In this document: positions 45,178 through 57,400 of the stretch, one piece after another
Layout of the letters: the number at the start of each line of letters is the position of its first letter
Position numbering within the stretch: position 1 is the first letter of the stretch
Virus record (IMG/VR): IMGVR_UViG_3300025057_000004
Coordinates: 1 to 64,000 of that record
Length of the DNA stretch: 64,000 bases
Reading direction: 5' to 3' (one strand)
From: a virus
Program-made: the position numbers and the translations under genes
The notes under the pieces: generated by a model
The model's input: the letters and a program-made list of their open reading frames with translations, nothing else
The model's database searches: none
Told to the model about the DNA's origin: nothing

Positions 45178-48100
45178 TTACATGTTTGTAAAGAATCTTA
45201 ATCTTTCTTCAGGGTAGAATACATCTTCTATTGTATCTACCATTGGTATCTGCCTCTTTGCCCAAACACCTAATTTAAGATCACCTTTATTTCTTCCAGC
45301 CTTGTACTCTGAAAAGAAAGGGTCATCATTGTAGAACCACCAAGGGTTGATGGTTCTTGTAATATCAAGAAGGTTTTCAAATTGATCAACCGCAGCAGAT
45401 GGTGATTTAAGAATCTTTGTTGCTTCTTTAATATTCCAAACGGGAATGAATATACCAAGTTCTGTACTAAATCTATTTACCTGGTAAGCAAGCATATTCA
45501 AAGCCCAATTATCATCATCATCTCCAGCTAAAGCAGCGAGAAACCCACCTGCTATGACAGCAGTTAAGAAATAACCTACCTCAACCATACTTCTTTTAAT
45601 ATTTGCTTTTTCCATTGGAGATAACTTATCAAAAGCATCTCCCGCAGAAGCAAATGTAAATTGACCTTCTTTGATCTCTTTTACAAGTTGTAACATAAAA
45701 CGACCAGAAGTTCGATACATACCTTCTATTTCGTCACCTATCATATAGTTACGATATTTTCTTTCAAAACGTCTATGAATACCTGTTGGCATCCACTTTC
45801 TAAACAACATTCCTGCTCTACCGAGAGCTGATTTTTGAATAGCGTTTCTATCATTTATATTATAGATACCATGCAGTCTTTGATTTACAGATTGCATTTT
45901 TAGAATAAATTGGTTCTTATCTGCGTCCGTAAAATCAGAACCGTCAAGATTCTTAACACCATCACGCACTTTTAATCTATTATTTTCTACTTCAAGAACA
46001 TCATAGAAATCTACCTTTTTACCATCAAGCAATACTTTTTTATTGAATGCCATACCAAGTGCCATGCGTGATTGCATTTGGTGTTCACCCATATGGTTTA
46101 GCAAAAAGAAAGCAGATTCTGTCATTTGTCTTCCGAATCTATTACGATCTGTATTTGCTTCACTTACACGATTTTCAAAATCTTGCAATACATCAAAATC
46201 TTCAAGAAATAATCTAAGTTTATTATCGGATCTTGTTTTACCAGTATCTCCCATAAGACCTGCTAAACCATCGTTTGTATCAGTCCAATACGCTTTACGC
46301 GCTTTAGAAAGATCTTCTTGAGTTACAAACTGTTTTGCAAATGCTTCTTCTCTTATAAGTGCATTACCAAGAATAACGTTTGACATACCAGAGAAAACGT
46401 TGAGAGCAAGATTATTAACAGAAGTATACTTTATAAGACCATCTATGATTTTTGCTTCGCTTACACTATCAGGAAGAATAAGATTCTTATTATCTTTTAG
46501 TTCACCATAAAATATCATATCAATATATGATTTATATCTATCATAAACATTTCCACCTTCTGTAGATTCTACATTTATACCTCCTAACTTTTTTGCTTTT
46601 GCTAATAGACTTTCATCTACAACTTTACGTTCCCTCATTACATCAGCACCTATTTCTATTACGCCTACGATTGAATTGAGTTCACGATGTCTGTTTGCCA
46701 TGTTTGCAAATAGAACCATTGAGGCTGTTGCGTCTGTAGACAGATCATTCATATTCTTTAAAGGACTGCTGTAATAGATAGGAACCTGTTTAATCGGTCT
46801 TCCCATTTCATCAAGCATACCGAATGCTGTGTCATCCTGCTGGATCCTTAATATATCATTCAATGTCTCTTGAGCAGTATTCTTAGGGTCACTTTTAAGA
46901 CGTTCCAATATATCTTTACGTATCTGTGGAGCTAACATCTTATTGCGATACCTATCATTCATATGTGACATCAAAGATGTACGCATGTTCATATACTTCT
47001 CATAGTACTCTTTTTTAGGAGCACTACTCATAATTTCAGCATACTGACGATTCTTATATTTATTGGCAGGTTGAGCAAATTCTTTTCGATATCGAATATT
47101 ACCATCTATATCTTTCCAAATACGCTCGTTTTTCCAACGGTTATAATTTTTCAGTGCTCTTACTGTATTATTATATACAACCTTGTTTTCTTTTTTAAGC
47201 TTGTCAAGAAAGTCTTCAGGGTACTTGTTCTTTATTTCATAATAAAGATCAATGTCCTTTTTAAATTTTAAAGTATTCTCTATAAACTCCTTTCTTTTTT
47301 GCTGAAGAGCTTTTTTATATTCAGGATTAAGCTGTGAATTTTCTTCATACCACCTGTTTTCAGCCTCAATATAATCCTGATCAAGATTAGGATTATTTGA
47401 TCTGATCTTAAATCTCTCAAGAGAATCCTCGTGAGGTAAATTCAATCTTTCGTGTAATTCTTTATAGAATTTCTCTTTTGCTTTCTCATACTCACCTTGA
47501 TTATATTCTGAAACAAGATTACCTGTAAGGTTTCCGTCAACATCTCTTTCATAAATAAATTCTGTATTTGGAACACCAGCAGCTTTTAATTTAGCATCCA
47601 TATCAAAAAGATCACGCATGTCACGGATCGTAGATGTCTGAGCGTTTAGAATACGGTCTTTGACAAGACGGTCTGTAAGCCTAAGAAGTTCATCAGGATT
47701 TTCTGCCATAGAAGAAATAAGACGATTCCAATGAATTATATCAGGAGTGACCTCTTCAGTCATTCTCAATAACTCTTCAAGCTCAAGATTTACCTGATTT
47801 GATAGCTCATCTTTTGATAACCCTTTATCTTTATGATAGGTTTCAAGAAACGGTCTCATAGTATGAACAAATATATTACGGGCATAAAACTTATAATCAT
47901 TTTCCATTTGTTCTATACCTGTACTAATATTTTCAAGGGCTTCAATAAGTGCATTATGCCTATCAAGAGTATCTCCTGACACACCTGCGTTAACTAATTT
48001 ACGTTTATCAAAACGTGTTTCCTGAAGAACAGACGTTACAATAGGTTTGTATATCGTAATGAATTTGCTCATATCATTTACTATAGTTGAAAACTCTGCA

Positions 48101-51100
48101 AGTTCATCATTATACATACCAGATGAAAAAGCATCACGCATATACAATAATCTATTCATTACTTTATCAGCTTCACTTTCAGCATGATTGATAAATTTGA
48201 TAAGACCTTGTGTTACTCTTATATCCTGTGTATCAACAGCATATCTATCATTAAATACTTTAGCCCTCTTACCAAGAACAAGAGATTCCCACGCTTTCTT
48301 TTCATCAGCAGTAAGTTGTGTTAACGGTTTTGATACTGCTGTTGAAAGTTTTTGTATTTTAAAGAAAGCTCCTAAAAGAGAAGGTTCTATGTTTTTATAT
48401 TCAGGCTCTACAGTCATACTTTCAACTACATTCTTATCATTGAGCTTTATTTCTGCAGCTTTTTCACCTTTATATATTACATCATATACACCAGGCTCAG
48501 ATCTTTCTACGGATACTTTCTTTTCAAATTGCGTAAGCGCATTTAGATCTCTGTTCAAAGCTCTTATTAAAGCTTTTTCTTCTTGTAAAAATTCTGAACT
48601 ACCTCTTTGTTTGTAAGCATTTATACGTGTGCCAAGAACGTCAACTGCTTTTTCAAGTTCTTTCTTCATGCCATCAAGCATTTTAGAGTTCTTGAACATT
48701 TTAGGATCTATCTGAAAGAATTGTGCATCTTCTTTCATATCTTCCATTGCATCAATTCTATCTTTTACAATAGATGGAGATTCAAGTGTTTCAGCTACCA
48801 ATGCGTCAAGACCTTCACGAATACGTCTTTCTTTTGCTCTATTACCTATTCTAAAGAATGACATAAAAGCATTGAATATTCTTGAAAGAAGAGTTTTCCA
48901 TTTAGGAGTAATGCTTCCATCAGCTACTTGATCCAATAAGGAATCATTAAGCATTTTACCAACAATCTCAAGTTTTACTTTCTCAACATCATTGTTATAT
49001 GCTTCCATATATTGCTCAGAGTATTGTTCCCAATATTTAGTTGATTCTACACCATTAAGTGCTTCGAGAACTCTCGGATCTTCCTTCATTGCATATACAA
49101 TAAAGTGAGAAACTTCCTCGCCTAATGTGTCTTTTCTTCTAGTACCTTCGCGTACAGCAATAGACCTGTTAAGTATATCCGCTACTGCATTTGCAGTAAG
49201 AGGTTTGCCGTATCTTTTTTCATACCATGACTTATATTCATCATAATTAACAAGTGATATACCAAGGTCATTCATTAATGACATCAATCGCTTGTCAAGT
49301 TTTTCATCAGGTACCGTTTCTTCTCTAGACTCTCTTTGAAAAAATGAAGGAGAAGGGTTTATCTTAATAAAGAATATCTCACGACCTCCTCTACCGAATT
49401 TACTTGATTTATGTACTGTTACAGCTTTTGATCCTATCTGTCTGTTTACACGACCTACCTTGTTTACTGCATCTACATAACCGTTCTTAGTTATCATCAA
49501 GCCACCTTGATATCTTTTAATGCCAGGTGATCTGAGCAGTTCAGTTTCAATTTCAGCTATCGTATTAAGGGAAGGTTCTTGAAAAAATATAGGAGTGTCA
49601 AGTTCTTTATTTACATCTAATATTATTTCATTCCAAGTGTTACCATATTCATCAGTAATTACTTTTACATCGTATAATTTGTTAAGGATATTGGTTACTC
49701 TATTAGTATAGAAAGCTTCTATAGGCTTAAGTTTTTCTAAACCTTCTGTTTTTGCCCGATCTATTCGTGCTTGTTGTGCTTTTTTTATTTCCTCAAGTTC
49801 ATTGCGTTTTATGTTATAATCTTCTTCTGGGTCATAACGATATCCAGTCTCTTGATCGTATAAAGGAACACTGTTTTTACCGATAGTTAATGTCCATTCA
49901 CCGTTTATTTTTTTGTATTTTCGAGAACCATAATTAAAAGATTCTACTGTATCAAAAGGTTTTATAGCTTTAAGTTTTTTATTGACAGAATTAATTGATT
50001 CTTGTGCTGATTTGATATCTTCAGCAATAGTTTGATGTCCTTCTATTTTAGCAGCAGTTTCTCCTGTAGGAAATAATACTTTTTCATAGCCTTTTTTAGC
50101 AGAGTCTTTTACAATAGATTGTATAAAAAAATTAACCCATTTACCATCTTTGTTTAGAAGTTGTAGGAATTGATTTTCCTTCTCGCCTTTTTTTAAAGTT
50201 TGTTCTTTATATTTTTTAAAACCTCTTTTATTAGCTATTTCTAAAGTAGGGGCTTTTCTACCTGTAGGATTACCATTTTCATCTATTTCTACTAACCAAG
50301 CTTTAATATAATTATCTGTTAAATCCTTTTTATCTCTACCTTTCTGAAATAAATCAGATTGTACTTCAAGAATACGCCTTGTTTTAATGTTTTTAGAAGG
50401 CTCCTCTTGAGCCTTTTGTAAAGCAGTTATAAACTCGTCTTGAGATATAAGTTCTTTGTTTTTCCAAAAATCATTGATTTCATAACCTAGTTCAAAATCT
50501 TGTTCAAAAACATGCTCGTATACATCTCCATTATATACAAATTTCTTACTATTACCTTTATAGCTATAATCTTCCAGTGGGTTACTACTATATCTTGATA
50601 ATGAACTTTCAGACAATGTTGATTTATCATCACTTCTAAACCACCCAATACCTTGATCTGTAGCAAACTGAGCATGTCCTTTAATGTTAGGAGTAATAGC
50701 AGGTGTAGCTATTTCATTTTCTGTATAATTGGTACCTCCTGGAACTGTTAGGTTAGAGTAATACTGAGAAGGCTTCATAACAGATTCATCATAAGCACTT
50801 CTAAATTCTTTATATGATATTTCTATCCCATTCTTAAAATATTTATTACCTTTTCCAAGACTATATGATGAAGAATAAGAATCTTCATTTAATAAAAATC
50901 CTTCTCCAGTATTGGGAGTTACTTGTGTTCCAGTTGGGCGACCTTTAGCAATATTAATCTCAACAGTAAAACTATTATCGGCTAATAATACAGCTATCAT
51001 ATCCTCAACAGGCATTTCTTTAATGTTGTTAGTCTTCATATAATCAAATACTATATCTATTTGATTATTACTAACTCCTTTATTTTGAAGCCGTTTTCTT

Positions 51101-51411
51101 AAATTGCTTTCTAAGTTAGGACGTTCTTTAGTATTGAGTCTTAATGTCAGTCTTTCAGGACCTGAAGTTTCTCCATATTTTCTTGTCCTTTTTGTATCTT
51201 CAGGTTTTATAAACTCACGTAAAGCTTTTGTAACATTCATAAGATACTTTACTTCTTGATCTCTATACTCAAGACTATCTGCAGTAGGAAACTCATCAGA
51301 ATTATTTTCTTGTTGCCACTCCATTATAGACATTTCAAGATCAAAAGATCTCATTCCTGTCTCAACAAGAAGATCTTTAAATTCGGTACTTGATGTATTT
51401 ATACAACTCAT
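45178..51411 (-). CDS. Giant virion cargo/ejection protein (~2,077 aa; likely start MSCINTS at 51411)
   Basis: Directly downstream of the vRNAP gene; degenerate zincin LGEEVSH; long helical region; hydrophobic segment near C-terminus. Confidence 0.75.
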   Translation of the reverse strand: MSCINTSSTEFKDLLVETGMRSFDLEMSIMEWQQENNSDEFPTADSLEYRDQEVKYLMNVTKALREFIKPEDTKRTRKYGETSGPERLTLRLNTKERPNLESNLRKRLQNKGVSNNQIDIVFDYMKTNNIKEMPVEDMIAVLLADNSFTVEINIAKGRPTGTQVTPNTGEGFLLNEDSYSSSYSLGKGNKYFKNGIEISYKEFRSAYDESVMKPSQYYSNLTVPGGTNYTENEIATPAITPNIKGHAQFATDQGIGWFRSDDKSTLSESSLSRYSSNPLEDYSYKGNSKKFVYNGDVYEHVFEQDFELGYEINDFWKNKELISQDEFITALQKAQEEPSKNIKTRRILEVQSDLFQKGRDKKDLTDNYIKAWLVEIDENGNPTGRKAPTLEIANKRGFKKYKEQTLKKGEKENQFLQLLNKDGKWVNFFIQSIVKDSAKKGYEKVLFPTGETAAKIEGHQTIAEDIKSAQESINSVNKKLKAIKPFDTVESFNYGSRKYKKINGEWTLTIGKNSVPLYDQETGYRYDPEEDYNIKRNELEEIKKAQQARIDRAKTEGLEKLKPIEAFYTNRVTNILNKLYDVKVITDEYGNTWNEIILDVNKELDTPIFFQEPSLNTIAEIETELLRSPGIKRYQGGLMITKNGYVDAVNKVGRVNRQIGSKAVTVHKSSKFGRGGREIFFIKINPSPSFFQRESREETVPDEKLDKRLMSLMNDLGISLVNYDEYKSWYEKRYGKPLTANAVADILNRSIAVREGTRRKDTLGEEVSHFIVYAMKEDPRVLEALNGVESTKYWEQYSEQYMEAYNNDVEKVKLEIVGKMLNDSLLDQVADGSITPKWKTLLSRIFNAFMSFFRIGNRAKERRIREGLDALVAETLESPSIVKDRIDAMEDMKEDAQFFQIDPKMFKNSKMLDGMKKELEKAVDVLGTRINAYKQRGSSEFLQEEKALIRALNRDLNALTQFEKKVSVERSEPGVYDVIYKGEKAAEIKLNDKNVVESMTVEPEYKNIEPSLLGAFFKIQKLSTAVSKPLTQLTADEKKAWESLVLGKRAKVFNDRYAVDTQDIRVTQGLIKFINHAESEADKVMNRLLYMRDAFSSGMYNDELAEFSTIVNDMSKFITIYKPIVTSVLQETRFDKRKLVNAGVSGDTLDRHNALIEALENISTGIEQMENDYKFYARNIFVHTMRPFLETYHKDKGLSKDELSNQVNLELEELLRMTEEVTPDIIHWNRLISSMAENPDELLRLTDRLVKDRILNAQTSTIRDMRDLFDMDAKLKAAGVPNTEFIYERDVDGNLTGNLVSEYNQGEYEKAKEKFYKELHERLNLPHEDSLERFKIRSNNPNLDQDYIEAENRWYEENSQLNPEYKKALQQKRKEFIENTLKFKKDIDLYYEIKNKYPEDFLDKLKKENKVVYNNTVRALKNYNRWKNERIWKDIDGNIRYRKEFAQPANKYKNRQYAEIMSSAPKKEYYEKYMNMRTSLMSHMNDRYRNKMLAPQIRKDILERLKSDPKNTAQETLNDILRIQQDDTAFGMLDEMGRPIKQVPIYYSSPLKNMNDLSTDATASMVLFANMANRHRELNSIVGVIEIGADVMRERKVVDESLLAKAKKLGGINVESTEGGNVYDRYKSYIDMIFYGELKDNKNLILPDSVSEAKIIDGLIKYTSVNNLALNVFSGMSNVILGNALIREEAFAKQFVTQEDLSKARKAYWTDTNDGLAGLMGDTGKTRSDNKLRLFLEDFDVLQDFENRVSEANTDRNRFGRQMTESAFFLLNHMGEHQMQSRMALGMAFNKKVLLDGKKVDFYDVLEVENNRLKVRDGVKNLDGSDFTDADKNQFILKMQSVNQRLHGIYNINDRNAIQKSALGRAGMLFRKWMPTGIHRRFERKYRNYMIGDEIEGMYRTSGRFMLQLVKEIKEGQFTFASAGDAFDKLSPMEKANIKRSMVEVGYFLTAVIAGGFLAALAGDDDDNWALNMLAYQVNRFSTELGIFIPVWNIKEATKILKSPSAAVDQFENLLDITRTINPWWFYNDDPFFSEYKAGRNKGDLKLGVWAKRQIPMVDTIEDVFYPEERLRFFTNM

Positions 51412-51412
51412 T

Positions 51413-54400
51413 TTATCCGTAACATTTTTTAAGGTATTGATCAAGAAGATTAAGACCACTCTTACCTTCTGAATCCCATTTATTAACCCATTCTTTTAAA
51501 ACATCAGCAGTAGTATCTGGATGTTTTGCGTTTATTTGATCTTGATACTTTTCAAATAACTTTTCAATAGCTTCGTTTTGCACAGTACCAACCTCTGTAA
51601 AATTATTGAGTATTGCTTCAAGTATCATATAACCAGTTCGAGATGTTGATCCTACAAGATTTTTTAATTGTACTTTTTTATCATTAGGTAAAGCTTCTAT
51701 CTTTTGAATAAAAGGATGTGTCTTTACCTCTTTTACATTCTCTACAGGTCTTATCTCATTAATGTTAAAATCAGGAATGATATTCATCATTTCAATCATT
51801 GTTTGAGCAATACCTACATCTGATATATTAAGATCTTTAGCCTCTGTTTCTTCTTTTGTGGGAATATATTCAAGAGATGCCATTTGAGATACTAAAGGTT
51901 TATTTAATACTGCAGAATCATAGTCAAACTCCATCATTTCATTATGCAGACCTAATGGTTGAACTTGCTCATATATTATATAATCTCCTTCAGATTCAAT
52001 CGCTTTCATTAATGCTGACCGCATTCCTTGCTTGTCATTTATGACAGTCTTTATGTATTGAAGTTGAAATGTTTCACCTTTTTCTTTTTTTGTAACATCT
52101 TCATACCATACTTTTTGTCTGTAAGTACCGTTTACTTTATACGGCTTTACTTCATCAGGATTAATATATTTTACAAAACTAAAGCTTCTATACATATTTC
52201 TTAATATCTGATCTATCATTTGCAAAACTACAGGTCCAGAATTTTCATAATCAAACATATCTTTAGAATATATGTCTTCAATAGATTCCACAAATCTTTT
52301 CTTTCCTGGCTCTCTTAAATCTGAAGTGTACATAACAGGAATCATATCAGTAAACTTAAATGGAGTTACTACATATCCTGAAGTCGCAAAAGCATATTTA
52401 ACAAGGTCATTTGCAATTTTTGAAACATTAGGATCAGAATCATTAATCATACTATACCAATCATTCTTAATATCGGTCTGTTGTATCTTGTCAACTCCAT
52501 TTCTTGTAAACTTCATTATAGCAAGTGCTTTCTGTTGTTTTGAAGGTATTGCCATGAAATGTCTAAGAAAAGGTACATACGGACTATCCTCATTTGCAGA
52601 TATAAAATTACTTATCTCAGAAGGAAGATTTTCTATTACACGTTTTAGTTCAACAGGTTTGAATGTTTCATAAGATGTAGCTATCAGCGTTTCAATAGCA
52701 CGATAAATCTTATTTGTATCATCTGGATTTATAGATCTACCTTCAGGTGCAATATATTGTTTTATTGTCTTTTCTGTAAAATTGAAAATGTTAAATTCAT
52801 CTGTACTAGCATACGGAATATTTGTAACTTCCCCTATAATTTTAACAGCTTCTTTTAAACCATATTCTCTAAAGGCTGCAACATATCGTTCTGGGTTTGA
52901 TTCAATATCTGATATAAGTTGTCTAAAACCTGCAATACCTTTTACTTCTAAAGCACTGTCGTATCGATCAAGTTTATTTTTTGTATGAGCTACAGTAGGT
53001 CCTGCTGCATTTTTACTTGAATCATATCTCATTGCAGACATTACAGTTTTAAGATCTGATGCTTGATTGTTCATTAGGTTTCTGAATGAACTGATAACGT
53101 TAAGTCTAAGCTTTATCTCATTAAGATCTTTCTCTTTAATAAGATCTTCAGTACTCATATTTGATTTTTTAATTGAATCAAGAAGATTACCTTTTTTAGT
53201 TTTTCTGTCGTAAGTAAGATATAAAGAGCTTAATCCTTTATCTAAAATCTTATCTGCTTGGGTACTTCCTGCAACTTTTCTAAGAGCGACCTTAAGCTCT
53301 GATTCAATTTCATTGATTGTATCATTTATTGTGCTGCTATATGTATTACCTGCTTTAGACAATCTATTTGTAAAGTCTTTAAGCGTAGGATTTGCGGTAA
53401 ACATCATTACTGATTCAATAGGATGTCCCACACGAACCATTGAGGCAACAAGGTCTGCTGTAATAGTTGTTACATTTAAGAATGAAGCAACAGGGTCTTT
53501 ACCGTTATCAACAGCAGCAGCAAGGAACTCTTTAAGGTCTGCAATGTTAACATCACCTACCATCATTTGACTAAGACCTGCAAGTTCTTTACCATTGAAC
53601 TTTATTGGTTTTGTAAATGCTACATTACCAAGAGTCATAAGAGAATGATTGACCGTATGGTTTGCAAAGATTCCGATAAGATCAAGACCTGTCATCATAC
53701 GATTATGAATCTCTCTAACAGTAGAATTAAGCATTGGGTTGATCTGACCTTTATCTGCACCTTGTGCTTTAAGAATCATATCTACAAGGTCTTTTAATGT
53801 TTCAAATCCACCAGGAGTTGTCTGCTCAACGGCAGTTCTTTTATTTGAAAGTATAGAAAATGCAATATCAAGTTTTAAATTATCTCTGCCTTTTTTAGTG
53901 TCCATACTGGATTCTACCTTTCGCAAAGACTTTTTAGTAAATACATTTTCATCGGCATTCCATCTCAGACCTTCTTTAGCTGCAAATTCTCTACGTGCTC
54001 TTGCGTCATCAAAATTTGGAATATTCTTTCTTATGATGTTTCTTCCTAATTTCTTAGAAAAATTAGATGAGTTTATATAATTCTGATATGCAATTTCTTT
54101 TTCAGGAAGAGGTTGACCATATACTTCTATATTGTACAATAGACCGTACAATTTATCAATATCGAAGTCAAGACCTGCAAGAGTAGTAGCTTCATCAGGT
54201 AGAATAATTTGCCCTGCAACACCTTGAGGTAGGAATCCTATGACCTTAATATGGAACATAGAATACTTATGCTCTGTAGGAATACGATAAAATACACCTT
54301 TAAGTAGATCAGGTTCTATTTCTTCGATCTTTTTGATATCAATGAATCCATTTTCGTCAGCATAATCTAACAATGCTTCAGACGTAACAGGCATGATAGC

Positions 54401-57400
54401 TTCCATATATTCGATACCTCCATCTTCACTCCATTTGATCTTAGGTTTTCTAAGCCCTTTAGGATTCTCATTTTCAAACCCCCAAGAAGAAGCATTGTAC
54501 AACGAAGCACCTGCAGACTTATCAGTTCTTTGTTTTGTTACTCTATTCTTAAAGAAAGAGTTCATCATACTTTCAACCTGATACACAATATCAGGATGCC
54601 ATAATGGAAGAACAGTTACTTGAGATGCTTTTTTTAGATTACCGTTTTCATCAACAGTATATCCTTCATTATTTTCAAGAAAATCAAGAGCTGTAAGAAA
54701 ATCATCTGGAAGTTCCTGTTCAATAGCTTGTTCTCTAAGTGCTGTAAGAATTTTGTTATTATCAGGAAGACCTGTTTCTTCATCGTAGAATAACTTCTTA
54801 AGTTCTTCATACGATTCCTTTACATTCAGGTATACAGCTTCGTTGAAATCTTTTACAAGTTTATCACCTTTTACTTTAGTACCATCAGGTAAAGTATATT
54901 CAGCATTAGGGTCTACATTCTCAATAATAAGCTTTCTGTATTGAGTACCCTCCATAATATCTGTATCAATATGATGCTCTGGTGTTTCCATCTGAATACG
55001 ATAATTCGCATTTTTAAATGTATGAGCATCTGTTTCTACAGCATCTTCAATATTATCAATCGTACCTTTTTCTCCAACCTTAACTGCTGTTGTATACATA
55101 ACAGCATCGGTAATACGCTTAGATGAATCGTATGTCCAAGAACCGTCTTTTTTAAATACATACCCAAACTTTTCCATCATTTTTTCAAGCTTTGGATTAC
55201 CTACAGCCATAGATGGTGTGATTAAAAATTCAGCATTCTTGTGTTGTACTGGATTGAATCGTGTAGTATTATTCGTATCAGTACTTTTTTCAAACATGAA
55301 TTGGAAAGGTTTGTAAACGATCGATGTAGCTTCTTCTCCTATATGTCTGATAGTTTTTCCTGTCATCAAAGAATCATACATTTCATATAAAGAGGCATTG
55401 AGACCTTTAGAACCCAAATGTATCTCTCTTGCTCTTATGGGGTCTATGATCGTAGCAGCATCTGTATTGTTCAGTTTTGAAAAAGCATCGATTATCTGAT
55501 CTTTTTTAGGATTGTTCTTATGAACACGTTCAAGTTCTTTTATGCTTTCAGATACAATGTTTTCTACTTCACCTGGATCTTTTACATATATTACTTTATA
55601 ATCATTTCTTACTTTTACTTTTTCTGAGGTCTCTCCTTCTTTAACATGTGTATATACAGCATCTGTATTGATATAGTCACCTGGTGACCATATCTCTTTA
55701 ATACGTTTATATACATCTGTAAAATCAGTCAGACCGTCTTTTCCAGCTTTATAAAAAGCAGTGTCACCACCGAAAGTAACAAGGGTCTGAATGTTCATAA
55801 CCATCGTATTATAAACGTATTGAGTAAGATTATCTCTTCTTACTTTTTCGTCAAGAATACGCTCATCTAGCATATCTGTAGCATCATTACCGTCTTTATC
55901 AAATATGCCTTCTTCTATTAAAGATCTCAGTTCACTGTTCAAATTTTCTTGAATCATATTCATTACAGCATCTTCAAACTGACTTTCTGTAGAAAGATCC
56001 ATATCATTGAGTCCTCTGAATATCTGATACTTAAGACCATTCTTAAGCATGTTGTATTCAATATCTTTTAGTTGTTCAGGTAATTTTGCTTTTTCTTTAT
56101 AAGGCTTGTTGCGATCATTTTGATCTGCTAACCACTTGTTGTACTCTTTTTGTACAGGTTTTATTCTACCTTCTAACCATTCAATACGTTCTCGTTCCTG
56201 TCTTGCAGAATCTACTAGTGCAGCTTTTGCCTCTTCAGTAGTATACTTCTTAAATCTTAGGAACGCAGACGATGTAGAATCTGAGAATATAGGCATCATA
56301 AAATACCCATATGCAGTATCTGTTTTACCTCCAAATTGAAGATTGAAGAAAGCATTTATTTTCAATGCCTCAAGCTGTTGTCTTGTAAGTTTAGTATAAG
56401 GGATAGCACTTCCGTCATTTGTTCTTAATGTATCAAATACAGCCATTCGCATATTTCCTGCAAGATCTGGTATTTCAAGTATCTTACTTAAGAAAGGAGA
56501 ATTTTTGTAAAAAGGATCCTGCATCCTTTCTTCAATGTAAGCATCTCTTTCTTTTTTGTTTGGATTTTGCAGTTCACGCATAAAGTTCTGCATAAATCGT
56601 GATTGTAGAAATGAATAAGCAAGTTCTCCTTCTCCAGTTCTGAATGATGATTGATATGTTTCAGGATACGCTATCATATAGACTTCCATCATATCATTAA
56701 AGTTATCACTAGCTTCCTTATTACCGTCATAAGGATTTTCTCCTTTTTTGATCCTGTTCATATAATATGTAAGACCAGAAGCAAACTGCAGGAATCTCTC
56801 TTTACCACCTTTTACATTTTCTCCATTATCAGGAGTAGAGAACATATCGATTACTTCATTTCTTGTAACAGGTATGTTCAAAAACTTTAAAACGTTATAT
56901 ATTTCACCTGCTTGAGATCTTGATATGTTACCTTCTTTATCAAGCCTTTCTGTTTTCTTCTTTTTTTCTATATCATCAACAATACGTGATAATACTTCGT
57001 ACTTTTCATCAAACCTAGCAGTAGGTGCAATAATATTATTTGATACATCATAGAACGGAGAATCGAAGAAGTTCTGTTGCCAAGTAGCTTTTAAATCTTT
57101 TCTTGCATCCTTCTCATTACCTATAAATGTACGGGTTCGTTTACCATCATTTTGCAATACAAGGAATGGTGTAAATTTTCGCTGCCCAATGTTTTTCCAA
57201 AACTCTGTTGCTATTGTAGAATCTTCACTGGTCAATGCATTTTTAATAACCTTATATCCTGGATTATAATTGATAAGATCATCTAACTTTCTTTTCATAT
57301 CCTCAAGATTCTTTGAGTCTGAAAGTCTTGAACTTAACTTATTGAATACATGTGCAGGAGTTTCAAATACAGGAAACCCTCCGAACTTAGCATTCTTTAC

